Shown in pieces: positions 1-10,126 of a DNA stretch of 64,000 bases. The notes below the pieces were generated by a model. The model made no database searches, was not told where the DNA came from, and saw only the letters and a list, made by a program, of their open reading frames with translations. How positions within the stretch are numbered: position 1 is the stretch's first letter; every line of letters begins with the position of its first letter. The stretch spans positions 1,760,001 to 1,824,000 of the forward strand of contig OY781945.1 of NCBI GenBank assembly GCA_963677435.1, in the 5' to 3' direction. The position numbers and the translations under genes are program-made. This DNA comes from an uncultured Aliarcobacter sp. (GTDB lineage: Bacteria; Campylobacterota; Campylobacteria; Campylobacterales; Arcobacteraceae).

Positions 1-260
1 CAATTTCCTCACAAGATAGGATGAAATTACAAGAAGAGAGTGTAGTTTTAAAAGAGTTAAAAGATGAGCTTGAAAAGTATTATCCTTACAGAACTTATTC
101 AACTTTATTTAGTTATTTAGTTCCTTTTACTGCATTTTTTAGAATGGGTTATCGACTTATAGAGATGTTTTTTTTCTTTCAAAAGAATCAAGAAGCTAAG
201 ATGTTTGATTATATGGTATATAAATATTCATGTGATATTCAAAGAGCGAGAGAAAAATAG
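1..260 (+). CDS. 3' part of a hypothetical protein running in from the left edge
   Basis: The frame of the 21..260 ORF is open back to the window start and ends in a convergent hairpin shared with the next gene. Confidence 0.5.
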   Translation, partial: ISSQDRMKLQEESVVLKELKDELEKYYPYRTYSTLFSYLVPFTAFFRMGYRLIEMFFFFQKNQEAKMFDYMVYKYSCDIQRAREK

Positions 261-276
261 AAAATCTATTTTTCTC
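249..276. terminator. Bidirectional intrinsic terminator candidate
   Basis: GAGAAAAATAGA-aa-TCTATTTTTCTC inverted repeat between convergent genes. Confidence 0.6.
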
Positions 277-1569
277 TTATTTTAATTCCTCAGTAATTTT
301 TTTAACTATTTTATAAACATTTTCTACTGATTTTATAGAAACTTGCTCTTTTCGTGAGTGAGGGAAATTAATTGTAGGTCCAATTGAAGCTACTTTTATT
401 AAAGGATATTTGTCTTTAAAAATTGCACATTCTAGTCCTGCATGGATTGCTTCTAGGGAAGCTTTTTGATTAAACTCTTTATAGATTTCTAAAACTTTTG
501 ATGTGAATTCATTAATATCTGGTTTCCATGCTGGATATTTACCATTTGTTGTAACTTCAAAATTATAATCTTTTAGTATTTGAATCGTTTCATCTTTTAG
601 ACTTCTCAGGTCATCATTATCCATAGAACGGCCACTTAGTTCTATTTTTATTTCATCAACTCCTGTTTTTATGATTGCTAGATTTATTGAAGTTTGAACA
701 ACATTTAACTCTTCATTCATAGCTCTTACACCATTTTGAAAATTATAAATAAAATCGATGATTTTATCATCATAGATATTTAAATGTTCAGATTTTGCTG
801 CTACCTTTTCTATTTTCATATTTTCATGACTTGCTCTTGGTGTAACTGCACTTGCAATTATTGCTTTTACATTAACTGGAATTGAATTAATTCTTTCACC
901 GCCATTTATATCAAGAAGTTTTCCATTACATTCTTTTATTGTTTTTGCAATTAGTTTTATACCATTTGGAATGTTTTTATCAATATCAACACCACTGTGT
1001 CCACCTTGAAGTTTTCCTATTGTTATTTCGTATAAATCTAGATTATCAGTATTTGGAACTATTTTTTTATTTGAATTTGTTCCAAAAATATCAACTCCAC
1101 CAGCACAACCGATACAAATTTCGCCTTCTTCTTCACTATCAAGATTTAACATATATGAAGCATTTAAAGGTAAGGCTAAATTATTTGCTCCAATTAATCC
1201 AATCTCTTCATCACTTGTAAATAAAAATTCACCATCATAACCCTCAGACATTAAAGCAATCATATATGAACATCCAATTCCATTATCACTTCCTAAAGTT
1301 GAATCCTCAGCACTTAAAATATCGCCATTTTGAACAATTTTAGGAACACAATTATCACTTAAACAAACAATATCATAGTGAGATTGAAAAGCTAGTTTTG
1401 CAGTTGAATTCTCTTTTTTACATAAAATATTATTTGTTTCATCAACTAAACATAAATAGCCAAACTGTTTTGATATATCTTTCATATAGTTTATAAATGG
1501 TTCATGAGTTCCTGAACATCTAGGTATTGCTGTTATTGTTTTAAAAATTTCTATTATATTTGTATTCAT
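277..1569 (-). CDS. pepD: M20-family aminoacyl-histidine dipeptidase (PepD-like)
   Basis: QSHYD, TLGSDNGIG, DEEIGL, NLDSEE, GGHSG, IHAGLECA and HS motifs. Confidence 0.8.
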   Translation of the reverse strand: MNTNIIEIFKTITAIPRCSGTHEPFINYMKDISKQFGYLCLVDETNNILCKKENSTAKLAFQSHYDIVCLSDNCVPKIVQNGDILSAEDSTLGSDNGIGCSYMIALMSEGYDGEFLFTSDEEIGLIGANNLALPLNASYMLNLDSEEEGEICIGCAGGVDIFGTNSNKKIVPNTDNLDLYEITIGKLQGGHSGVDIDKNIPNGIKLIAKTIKECNGKLLDINGGERINSIPVNVKAIIASAVTPRASHENMKIEKVAAKSEHLNIYDDKIIDFIYNFQNGVRAMNEELNVVQTSINLAIIKTGVDEIKIELSGRSMDNDDLRSLKDETIQILKDYNFEVTTNGKYPAWKPDINEFTSKVLEIYKEFNQKASLEAIHAGLECAIFKDKYPLIKVASIGPTINFPHSRKEQVSIKSVENVYKIVKKITEELK

Positions 1570-1615
1570 TAAATTCCTTTAAATTTTTGTATTATAGCTA
1601 AAATTATTTCTCGTT

Positions 1616-4423
1616 TTAAATTGGTAAACAAATTTCAAAAGTAGCACCTTTTCTATTATTCTTAATTGTTAAATTTCCTTTACAATGCTCATTAATAATT
1701 GTTTTACTCATGTAAAGACCAATACCTGTACCTTCTTTTGCTTTTTTTGTAGAAAAATAAGGGTCAAATATTTTGCTTATAATATCTGATGAAATACCTC
1801 CACCATTATCTTTAATTTGTATAATCGCAAAATCTTTTTTTCTAAAAGTATTAATTCTTATTACTTTATTTTCTATGTTGTTTTCTATTAAAATATCTTC
1901 TGCATTTTTTAAAATTATTAATACAACTTGTTGAATTTCACTTGTATAAGAGTAAATGGTGTCATTATAACAATAGTTCTTTATTAATTTTATATTTTTT
2001 GATTCAAAAGATATATTTATAATAGCAATTGATTTATCAATTATTTCCTCAAGATTAGCGTTTGTTTTGATTTTATCTGGTCTAAAAAAGTTTCTAAAAT
2101 CATCAATTGTATGGGAAAGATGTTGGGAATAATTTATAATTAATTCTAACTCTTCTTCTAAATGTGAGGGTTCTATTTTTTCATCAATTATATTTTTTAG
2201 TAATAAATTATTTGTTGTTGCACTTATCGCTGTCAATGGTTGTCTCCACTGATGGGCAATCATTGAAAGCATTTCACCCATTTGTGCAAGCCTTGATTGT
2301 TGGATTAACTGTTTTGTTTTTTCTTGATTCTTTTTAATCTCTTCATTGATTTTTTCTTCTAAGTTTTGAGTTAAAATTTCAAGTTTTTGTTCTAACTCTT
2401 TTCTTTTATTTATATCTCGAATTACAGCATGAATTACTGAATTATTATCAATTTCAATTGATGTTAATACAACTTCAATCCATAAATGCTCATTTTGTTT
2501 ATTACAATGAACCCATTCAAAGCTACTAATCCCTTCAGTTAATGCTTCATCAACTTTATTTATAGATTTGATAGTTGAACTTTCATTATTAGGTTGAAAT
2601 TCTGGAGAAATATCACAAAAGAATTTTCCAATTAATTCATTCCTTGGATATTGTAATATTTTTATACTAGCTTCATTGCAATCAACAATTTTCTTCTCTT
2701 TTATTAATAAAACACCATCAGCTGACTTACTAAAGAGTTTCTCAAAAAGTTCTTTTTGTTTAGCAATTAATTTATTCTTATTTTCAATTTCATTATTTGC
2801 ATTTTTTAATTTTTTATTGTGTTTATTTAAAATTATTTGTCTATAAGCAACAATACATAAAATGATAAAAACAAAAGACAATATTTTCCAAATAGTACTA
2901 TAATCAAAGGGCTCTTTTATTGATAAATTAGTCCATTTATTGAAAATAACACTGTGCTCATTTGAATCAATTTCATGGATAGTTTTATTTAATATATCCA
3001 ATAAAGTTTGATTATTTTTCTCTACAGCAATATTTATTTCAAATAACATATCTGTATATCTTGAAATAAATATATTATTTAAAGCATACCTCGACATATA
3101 ATAAGCAATAATTGGAAGAGGTTCTATGGCAAAATAGACTTTATTACTATTAACAGCTTCTAATGTCTCATAGTTATTATTTGTTTCATAGATATTTATA
3201 TTAGGATAGGTATTTTTAATTTTGTCAGTATAAACACAATTTTTTCTTCTAGCCATTCTTTTATCAATAATCTCGTCCATATCTTGAATTACTGGTTTCC
3301 CACTTTGGGTAATTATTGCTAATTTATAACTAAGAAGAGGTTTAGTAAAATTTACAAAATCTGTTAAATTATCTTTTTTTGAGATAGTTGGTGTTATATC
3401 ACAAGTACCATTTTGTAAATAAGTAATAAGATCTTCATTATTTAATACATCAATATATTGTATGTCAACATCTAATTTTTTTGATATTAAAGTAAATAAA
3501 TCAATGTTTATACCTTGAAGTTTATCATCTTCTTTAAATTGAATAGGTACTAAATCTAGAAAGTTACATATTTTAATAGTTGATTTTGCTTTTAGATAAT
3601 CTTTCTCTAAACTACTCAAAAACTTCTTTTTGTCGATTATATCTTCTGAACTAAACCATTTTTTTTTCAGATTTAGTAACTCTTCATCAGAAATTGAGGC
3701 TTGTGCTTTATCTAAAATAGAATTTAATAAAGGTTTATTTTTAGATGTTGCAATACTTATATGACTTACCAATCTATCATCATTAACATAGTTAGTTGGT
3801 ACAACTTGGGAAATATTTTTTGTTGAAATTATATAATCAAGAACATTTTTTTTATCTATAGTTGCATCTGCTTTTCCAAGAGATAATAATCTTAATGCTT
3901 CAACAGAATCTTTTACAAGTATTTGGTGTATTTTTGGATAATTCTTTTCTATTAGTTGTTGAGCAAAAAAACCTTTTGGCATTACAATAGTTTTGCCTTC
4001 TAATTTTTCTAAAGAATCTAAATTTTCATTTCCTTTTTTTACATATATTGCATTTGCAGCTGAATGAAAAACTTTTGTAAAATTAAAAAACTTTGCTCTT
4101 TCATCATTTTTAGCAATATTTATTATTGCATCTAGTTCATCTTTTTTTAACATTTCTAAAAATTCATTCCAAGATGGTCCTGAAATATATTTAACTTGAA
4201 TATTTAGTTTCTCACTAATCAAATTCATATAATCTATTATAAAACCTTTGGGTGTACCATTTTCATTAAAATTATATGGTGGCCAATATTGTTCATTATG
4301 TAATCGAAGAGGCTGGTTGTTATGTAAAAAAGTGAGTTCTTCTTTTGTTAGATTAATGCTAGATTCTTCTGCTTTTAAAAAATTTAAAGATAGAAAAATA
4401 AAACAAAGAAATAATAATTTCAT
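1616..4423 (-). CDS. Sensor histidine kinase with two periplasmic substrate-binding domains, TM, PAS and HATPase
   Basis: Signal peptide; WPPYNF PBPb motif; IAHQWRQPL H-box; DNGGG, FDPYFSTK, GTGIGL. Confidence 0.9.
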   Translation of the reverse strand: MKLLFLCFIFLSLNFLKAEESSINLTKEELTFLHNNQPLRLHNEQYWPPYNFNENGTPKGFIIDYMNLISEKLNIQVKYISGPSWNEFLEMLKKDELDAIINIAKNDERAKFFNFTKVFHSAANAIYVKKGNENLDSLEKLEGKTIVMPKGFFAQQLIEKNYPKIHQILVKDSVEALRLLSLGKADATIDKKNVLDYIISTKNISQVVPTNYVNDDRLVSHISIATSKNKPLLNSILDKAQASISDEELLNLKKKWFSSEDIIDKKKFLSSLEKDYLKAKSTIKICNFLDLVPIQFKEDDKLQGINIDLFTLISKKLDVDIQYIDVLNNEDLITYLQNGTCDITPTISKKDNLTDFVNFTKPLLSYKLAIITQSGKPVIQDMDEIIDKRMARRKNCVYTDKIKNTYPNINIYETNNNYETLEAVNSNKVYFAIEPLPIIAYYMSRYALNNIFISRYTDMLFEINIAVEKNNQTLLDILNKTIHEIDSNEHSVIFNKWTNLSIKEPFDYSTIWKILSFVFIILCIVAYRQIILNKHNKKLKNANNEIENKNKLIAKQKELFEKLFSKSADGVLLIKEKKIVDCNEASIKILQYPRNELIGKFFCDISPEFQPNNESSTIKSINKVDEALTEGISSFEWVHCNKQNEHLWIEVVLTSIEIDNNSVIHAVIRDINKRKELEQKLEILTQNLEEKINEEIKKNQEKTKQLIQQSRLAQMGEMLSMIAHQWRQPLTAISATTNNLLLKNIIDEKIEPSHLEEELELIINYSQHLSHTIDDFRNFFRPDKIKTNANLEEIIDKSIAIINISFESKNIKLIKNYCYNDTIYSYTSEIQQVVLIILKNAEDILIENNIENKVIRINTFRKKDFAIIQIKDNGGGISSDIISKIFDPYFSTKKAKEGTGIGLYMSKTIINEHCKGNLTIKNNRKGATFEICLPI

Positions 4424-5142
4424 ATTTCTTGCTTATATTTTAAAGAGTATCCATGGGAATAAATAGTTTCAAATAAATCACAATCTAATTTCACTCTAAG
4501 TCTTGACATTAAATTTCTAATTTTTTTCATATCATTTTCATAAGAGTTAAAGATAAATGTTTCTATCTCTTTATAATCTTTAACTAAACTATTATTATTT
4601 ATAAATAATTCAAAAAGACGGGTTTCATTTTTAGAAAGTTTGATTTGTTCATTGTTTTTGAATAATTGATTTATGTTTTTGTTCCAAAGGAAATTATATT
4701 CAAGTTCTATATTCTCTTTTAGTAAGTTTTCAAAATCATATTTTTCAATAATTTTAATCAGTGTCTCACTTATTTGTTTTAAAGTATAAGGTTTAAGAAT
4801 GTAGCCATCAATTCCTGCATTTATTGTTCTTATCAAAAAATCTGTATTGTCATGTGCTGATAAAACTATTATAGGAATTTTTTTATTAGTTTTTCTTACA
4901 TATTCAATTAAACATAATCCATCAACAACTGGCATTTTTATATCAGTTATGATTAAATGATAAGAATTGTCTTTTGAAAAAAGTTCTAAACCTATTTTGC
5001 CATTATTTGCTATACAAATATTTTTGAAAAAAGATTTCAACATTTTCACAGTTTGAGTTTGAACTTCTATATTATCTTCTACATACAAAACATTTAAATT
5101 TTTAGTATGTTTAATAAGGTCTCGCAATTTATCAACTTGCAT
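4420..5142 (-). CDS. OmpR-type response regulator, cognate of the downstream kinase
   Basis: YVEDN, TDIKMP, KPY receiver motifs plus winged-helix C-terminus; overlaps the kinase start. Confidence 0.9.
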   Translation of the reverse strand: MQVDKLRDLIKHTKNLNVLYVEDNIEVQTQTVKMLKSFFKNICIANNGKIGLELFSKDNSYHLIITDIKMPVVDGLCLIEYVRKTNKKIPIIVLSAHDNTDFLIRTINAGIDGYILKPYTLKQISETLIKIIEKYDFENLLKENIELEYNFLWNKNINQLFKNNEQIKLSKNETRLFELFINNNSLVKDYKEIETFIFNSYENDMKKIRNLMSRLRVKLDCDLFETIYSHGYSLKYKQEI

Positions 5143-5230
5143 AAATTTCCTAGAATATTTATTAACTATTTGTTAATTATACATTAATAAAAGTTTATAG
5201 GAATTTAAATTTGATTAAAAAAAGTAAATT

Positions 5231-5258
5231 TAGGGGAACTAAATATTTAGTTCCCTTA
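5231..5258 (-). terminator. Intrinsic terminator after ccsBA
   Basis: AGGGGAACTAAAT/ATTTAGTTCCCTT near-perfect inverted repeat just after the stop. Confidence 0.7.
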
Positions 5259-5263
5259 AATTT

Positions 5264-8074
5264 TTAGATAGCATCTTTCATATTTCTATTTTTAAATGCA
5301 AGAGCTATTGTAACAATAACTAGTGTTATTACATAATAAACCCACATAGGAATTGGAACAGGATCACCTGTTGCATACGAGTGCATTCCTGATAGGTAGA
5401 AGTTTACTCCAAAATAAGTCATTAGTATTGAAGAGAAAGCTAATACTGAAGCTGTAGCTAATACAAATGGAGTTGATAATGGTTTTACGAATCTTAAGTG
5501 TAAAACAATTGCATAAACTACAATTGATACATAAGCCCAAGTCTCTTTTGGATCCCATCCCCAGTATCTTCCCCATGATTCATTTGCCCAAACTCCACCA
5601 AGGAAATTTCCAATAGTAACAGCAGATAATCCAATAATTAATGAAATTTCAGTAATAGCTACAACTGTTTTTATTGTCTCATCAATATGTGGTCTATTTT
5701 TTCTAAAGATAAACATAATTAAAGTCATAAATCCTAAAATTGCTGCAAGTCCAAAGAATCCATATGATGCTGTAAGAATTGAAACATGGATTGTTAACCA
5801 GTATGATTTTAATACTGGAACTAGATTTGTAATTTGTGGATCAATTCCTGTTAAGTGAGCTGTAAACATAAAAATACTTGCAACAATAACAGCAGCACTT
5901 AAAGCAAGAAGTGATTTTCTAAAGAAAATAACACCTGCAAATACAGCTGACCAAGAAATGTATAATAATGATTCATAAGTATCAGACCATGGAGCATGAC
6001 CTGAAATAAACCATCTATATCCCATCCCAAAAGTATGAATTGCAAATAACAGAGCTAATATTGTAAAAAATATTGTAGTCGTTTTTTTAGGTTTAATTTT
6101 TGGATTAAATACTACAACAAATGCAACAATTAACATAACTAAACCAAGGAATAAATAAGCTAATGTAACTTTGAAAAAGATATCTAATTTATTAAATATA
6201 ATTTCATTATTGATTTTTGTTTTTGAAGGAATAATTTCACTTCCTGCTTTTTCTTGATAAATAGTCATCATAGATAAATATTTATTTGCTTCAGTCCAGT
6301 TATAATCAACAATAGAATTTATAAATCCTCTTGTCATACTTTCAACTGCTGCTTGATTTTGTCCTTTGAAAATTTGCATAGCATCAAGTGGGTTATACCA
6401 TTTGTTGTTATCTTTATTATCTGCAGCATTTTCTTTTACTCTTGGATAGATATTAAATAAACTTCCGTTAAATACAGAATAAATTATATTTAATCTTTCA
6501 TCTAATTGAATAATATCTTTTTCATATGTTCCTCTATCCATAGGTTTTACTTGTAGAGCAACTTCTGCTTCACCTGCAAGTAAATATTTACCATCTTTAA
6601 ATACTTCTGAAAATGCAATATATTTTTCATTTTCATCAACACCTAAGAATTTTTTTAATTTAGGAGTTTTAATTTTTATTACTTTTAAATCACTCCAAAT
6701 ATCAGGTCTTGTTAACATTCCTAAAACTACTTGATCAGGATTCATACCAAATAAAGTTGCTTTTCCACTTAGTTTTTGAATGATTTCTAAATCTAAAGAA
6801 GATAATGGTTTCATTCTTCCACCACTACTTTGGGTTACTAGTTTTGCAAAATCTTCAGATGTTGCTTTTGATTCGTCTTTAAATTTATTTAAATAATCTA
6901 ATATTTGAGTAGATTTTTGAGCTACATCATTAATATTAGATGTATTAGCAGCTTCTTCATTTGCATAAAGTGAATTTGCTGAAAACATAAATGTACAGGC
7001 AATAACAAGTGAAGCTATATTTCTTGAACTTACAAATTTTGTTAATTTCCAGAATCTTGATTTTTTATCAAAGAAATTTAATAATAAACCAAGTGTTAAT
7101 AAAAAGTATCCTAAATAAGTTGGCCATTTTCCTGGGTCATTATTTACAGATAATACAGTTCCTGTTTCATCAGGGAAATAAGAACTTTGGAAAAATAAAA
7201 AATTACCTTCATGCATAGTTCTATTCATAAAAATTCTATAATTATAGCTTTCTTTATCTTCTTTGATAACAGTAACTTCTGATGCATAAGAAGAAGGAGA
7301 CATGCTTCCTGGGTATCTATCTAGTTGGAAGTCATTTAATTTAATAGAGAAAGGAATATTTACAATTTTTGAACCATATTCAAGTTTAATTTTTGTATCA
7401 CCAAAAACAAGTTCTCTTGGAACACCTTCTTGTGCTCTTTTCCCTGGTAATCTAATTGTTTGAGTCTCTCCATTGAATGTAACTTCAACAGTTAAAATAC
7501 CCATTTCAGCTTTACCTTTTTTACTTACTGTATAGTCAACATATTTAATATTTAAATCTTTTTCATTGTATTTCATACTGTAGTCAAATTTGTTTAATTT
7601 TTGTGATATATATTCTATGATACCAGACTTATCATTGGCATCCATACCTTTTCTTAGTGTAGAGGCAGCAAGTTCTACTTGATACTCTTTATGAAAGGAA
7701 TCATTAATATCAATTTGTAAATATGGCTCTAAAGAAGACATTTGATTTACTGTTTTACCCTCAGGTATTTGCATAATACCTTCATAACCAGCGTATCTAG
7801 TTATTCCTGCACCAATTAATATAATAACAAATGATGTATGAAAAATAAATCTTGGTTTGTTTTTCCACATTTTAAACTTGAAAATAATACCTGTTAAATT
7901 TATTGTAGTTAAAACAAGTACTGTTTCATACCAAATATTGTTATAAACTAAAACTCTAGCTGTTGATGTACCAAAATCATTTTCTATAAAGGTAGCATAT
8001 CCAGCTCCCACTGCTAATAAAGCAAGTAAAATTAATGTTGTCTTAAAAGAGAATAAGACATTTGAAAAGTTCAA
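5264..8074 (-). CDS. ccsA: System II cytochrome c synthase, fused CcsB-CcsA; probable TTG start at 8074 rather than 8116
   Basis: WGRYWGWDPKE (WWD domain), FQSSY ResB motif, GMHSY; AAAGGA RBS before the TTG and TATAAT at 8106-8111 (minus). Confidence 0.9.
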   Translation of the reverse strand: MNFSNVLFSFKTTLILLALLAVGAGYATFIENDFGTSTARVLVYNNIWYETVLVLTTINLTGIIFKFKMWKNKPRFIFHTSFVIILIGAGITRYAGYEGIMQIPEGKTVNQMSSLEPYLQIDINDSFHKEYQVELAASTLRKGMDANDKSGIIEYISQKLNKFDYSMKYNEKDLNIKYVDYTVSKKGKAEMGILTVEVTFNGETQTIRLPGKRAQEGVPRELVFGDTKIKLEYGSKIVNIPFSIKLNDFQLDRYPGSMSPSSYASEVTVIKEDKESYNYRIFMNRTMHEGNFLFFQSSYFPDETGTVLSVNNDPGKWPTYLGYFLLTLGLLLNFFDKKSRFWKLTKFVSSRNIASLVIACTFMFSANSLYANEEAANTSNINDVAQKSTQILDYLNKFKDESKATSEDFAKLVTQSSGGRMKPLSSLDLEIIQKLSGKATLFGMNPDQVVLGMLTRPDIWSDLKVIKIKTPKLKKFLGVDENEKYIAFSEVFKDGKYLLAGEAEVALQVKPMDRGTYEKDIIQLDERLNIIYSVFNGSLFNIYPRVKENAADNKDNNKWYNPLDAMQIFKGQNQAAVESMTRGFINSIVDYNWTEANKYLSMMTIYQEKAGSEIIPSKTKINNEIIFNKLDIFFKVTLAYLFLGLVMLIVAFVVVFNPKIKPKKTTTIFFTILALLFAIHTFGMGYRWFISGHAPWSDTYESLLYISWSAVFAGVIFFRKSLLALSAAVIVASIFMFTAHLTGIDPQITNLVPVLKSYWLTIHVSILTASYGFFGLAAILGFMTLIMFIFRKNRPHIDETIKTVVAITEISLIIGLSAVTIGNFLGGVWANESWGRYWGWDPKETWAYVSIVVYAIVLHLRFVKPLSTPFVLATASVLAFSSILMTYFGVNFYLSGMHSYATGDPVPIPMWVYYVITLVIVTIALAFKNRNMKDAI

Positions 8075-8121
8075 TAAATATCCTTTAATTTTTTTTATTA
8101 AGACAATTATATTCATAAGAA

Positions 8122-8170
8122 GTTAATCCTGAGTTAATGAATGGTTGTTTTTTTGTTAATTTCTGTTAAT
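8122..8170. promoter_or_regulatory. Phased GTTAAT direct repeats between divergent ccsBA and cmoB
   Basis: GTTAAT at 8122, 8133, 8155 and 8165, with degenerate GTTGTT at 8144. Confidence 0.4.
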
Positions 8171-8209
8171 TTAAGATGGAATTTTGACTTAAATATCTAT
8201 AATTGCAAC

Positions 8210-9124
8210 ATGAATTTAGAAATATTACAAAACAAAAAAAGCGAATGCAGAACTTGGAAAAATGTTGAACCTTGGTATTTACAATTACAAGCAGCTTGTA
8301 AAATAGAAAAAGAAAATTTATCTATTGATTATGGCGATTGGTTTAGTGTAGGGATTAAAGAAGATTTAACACAAGAAGAACAAGAGATTATATTACAAAC
8401 AGCAAAGTCATTAATACCTTGGCGAAAAGGTCCTTTTAAAATCTTTGATTTAGAAATAGATAGTGAATGGCAAAGCAATATCAAATATAATTTAATTAGA
8501 CCTTATTTTGATTTAAAAGATAAAGTTGTTGCAGATATTGGCTGTAATAATGGATATTATATGTTTAGAATGCTTGAGGATAAACCAAAAAGGTTAGTTG
8601 GATTTGATCCATCTCCTTTGACTTTACATCAATTTGAGTTTATAAATCATTTTGTAAAATCAGACATTGTTTATGAAATGTTGGGAGTTGAGCATTTAGA
8701 ATATTATAATCATAAATTTGATTTTATTTTTATGCTTGGAGTTTTATATCATAGACCTGATCCTGTTGGAACTTTAAAATCATTAGCTCGAGGATTAAAT
8801 AGTAAAGGTGAAATTTTAATAGATACTTTTATGATAGATGGAGATGAAGAGTTATGTTTAACTCCAAATAAAAGATATTCAAAAATCCCAAACATCTATT
8901 TTATTCCAACAATACCAGCACTTAAAAATTGGCTTGAAAGAGCAGGGTTTGAAAATATTGAAGTTCTTGCAACAACAGTTACAACATCAGAAGAACAAAG
9001 AAAAACTCCTTGGTCATTTGATCAAAGTTTGGAAGATTTTTTAGATGAAAATGACAAAACAAAAACAGTAGAGGGGTATCCAGCACCCAAAAGAGTTTAT
9101 GTAAAAGCTAGAAAAGTTTTATAA
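8210..9124 (+). CDS. cmoB: tRNA U34 carboxymethyltransferase CmoB; start likely 8210
   Basis: PWRKGPF, IDSEWQS, DIGCNNGY, GVLYHR, TVEGYPAP; TATAAT just upstream of ATG 8210. Confidence 0.93.
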   Translation: MNLEILQNKKSECRTWKNVEPWYLQLQAACKIEKENLSIDYGDWFSVGIKEDLTQEEQEIILQTAKSLIPWRKGPFKIFDLEIDSEWQSNIKYNLIRPYFDLKDKVVADIGCNNGYYMFRMLEDKPKRLVGFDPSPLTLHQFEFINHFVKSDIVYEMLGVEHLEYYNHKFDFIFMLGVLYHRPDPVGTLKSLARGLNSKGEILIDTFMIDGDEELCLTPNKRYSKIPNIYFIPTIPALKNWLERAGFENIEVLATTVTTSEEQRKTPWSFDQSLEDFLDENDKTKTVEGYPAPKRVYVKARKVL

Positions 9125-9142
9125 AATTAAAGATACTAGAGA

Positions 9143-10117
9143 TTAAAATAAATCAATAGTATCTTCAGCACTTAGGTCACTAAACTTAAATAGCTGACTT
9201 CTTCCTTTATTTTTTGCTTCATAAAGTGCAATATCCGCATTTTTAATACACTCTGTTATTGTAGTATCTGAATTTAATTTATAAGCTTCAAATCCAATAC
9301 AGATGGTTTTTTTCAAAATATGATTTTTCTCTTCATTTATTAAAATATTAACCTCTGCAAAATCAGAAATGATTTTTTTAGCAATCTCTTCTGTTTGATA
9401 TTCACTTGCATTATTTAAAATAGAGACTAAAAATTCATCTCCATTTAATCTTCCAACCATATCAAACTCATTTATATTTGAGTGAATTACTTTTGCAAGT
9501 TCAATTAATACTTTATCAGCAATATCATAATCAAATTCATCAATAACAGCTTTAAAATGATCAATTCCAATCATTAAAAAATAGATTTCATCTCTAGTAT
9601 TATTTGAAAGTCTCAAATGAGTATTTAAATTTTCTATTAAATAATTTCTATTATAAACATTTGTTACAGAATCTAATGATGAAGATTCTATGAAGTTTTT
9701 CTTTAAAATTCCACTTTGAACAATTGGTGAAACTTGAAAAAATGCAGCTTCAATTGTTTCATATTTTGCTTCTAAAATTTTAAAATGAACTTTTGATGTA
9801 GCTCTAAATGAAACAGTAGCATTTAAACTTGTATGAGTATTTATAATAAAAAAATAAGATAAATCATCGTCTAAATAAAACTCTTCGCCTTTTTTTAAAA
9901 TTATTTCTTTATAATTTTTATTTACATCAAACAAAGAAAAAGTAAGATTATCAACTTTAAACTCTTTATACAACCAAGTAAATATATCTTCTGCCATTTG
10001 CCTAATATTAGTAGCATATTGTAACTGTTCATGAAGATTAAATATACTAACTAAAGAATTATAATCGTCTTGATTTGTCGCTGATGATTTGATTAACTCT
10101 AAAATTTTATTTTTCAT
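9143..10117 (-). CDS. Degenerate GGDEF-domain protein (NGDEF)
   Basis: DSVTNVYNR, RLNGDEF, ADIALYEAKNKGR. Confidence 0.85.
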   Translation of the reverse strand: MKNKILELIKSSATNQDDYNSLVSIFNLHEQLQYATNIRQMAEDIFTWLYKEFKVDNLTFSLFDVNKNYKEIILKKGEEFYLDDDLSYFFIINTHTSLNATVSFRATSKVHFKILEAKYETIEAAFFQVSPIVQSGILKKNFIESSSLDSVTNVYNRNYLIENLNTHLRLSNNTRDEIYFLMIGIDHFKAVIDEFDYDIADKVLIELAKVIHSNINEFDMVGRLNGDEFLVSILNNASEYQTEEIAKKIISDFAEVNILINEEKNHILKKTICIGFEAYKLNSDTTITECIKNADIALYEAKNKGRSQLFKFSDLSAEDTIDLF

Positions 10118-10126
10118 ATATTACAC

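Noticed and set aside
8141..8209. N-terminal extension of CmoB in the ORF track
   Set aside because: It overlaps promoter elements; ATG 8210 gives a normal-length protein
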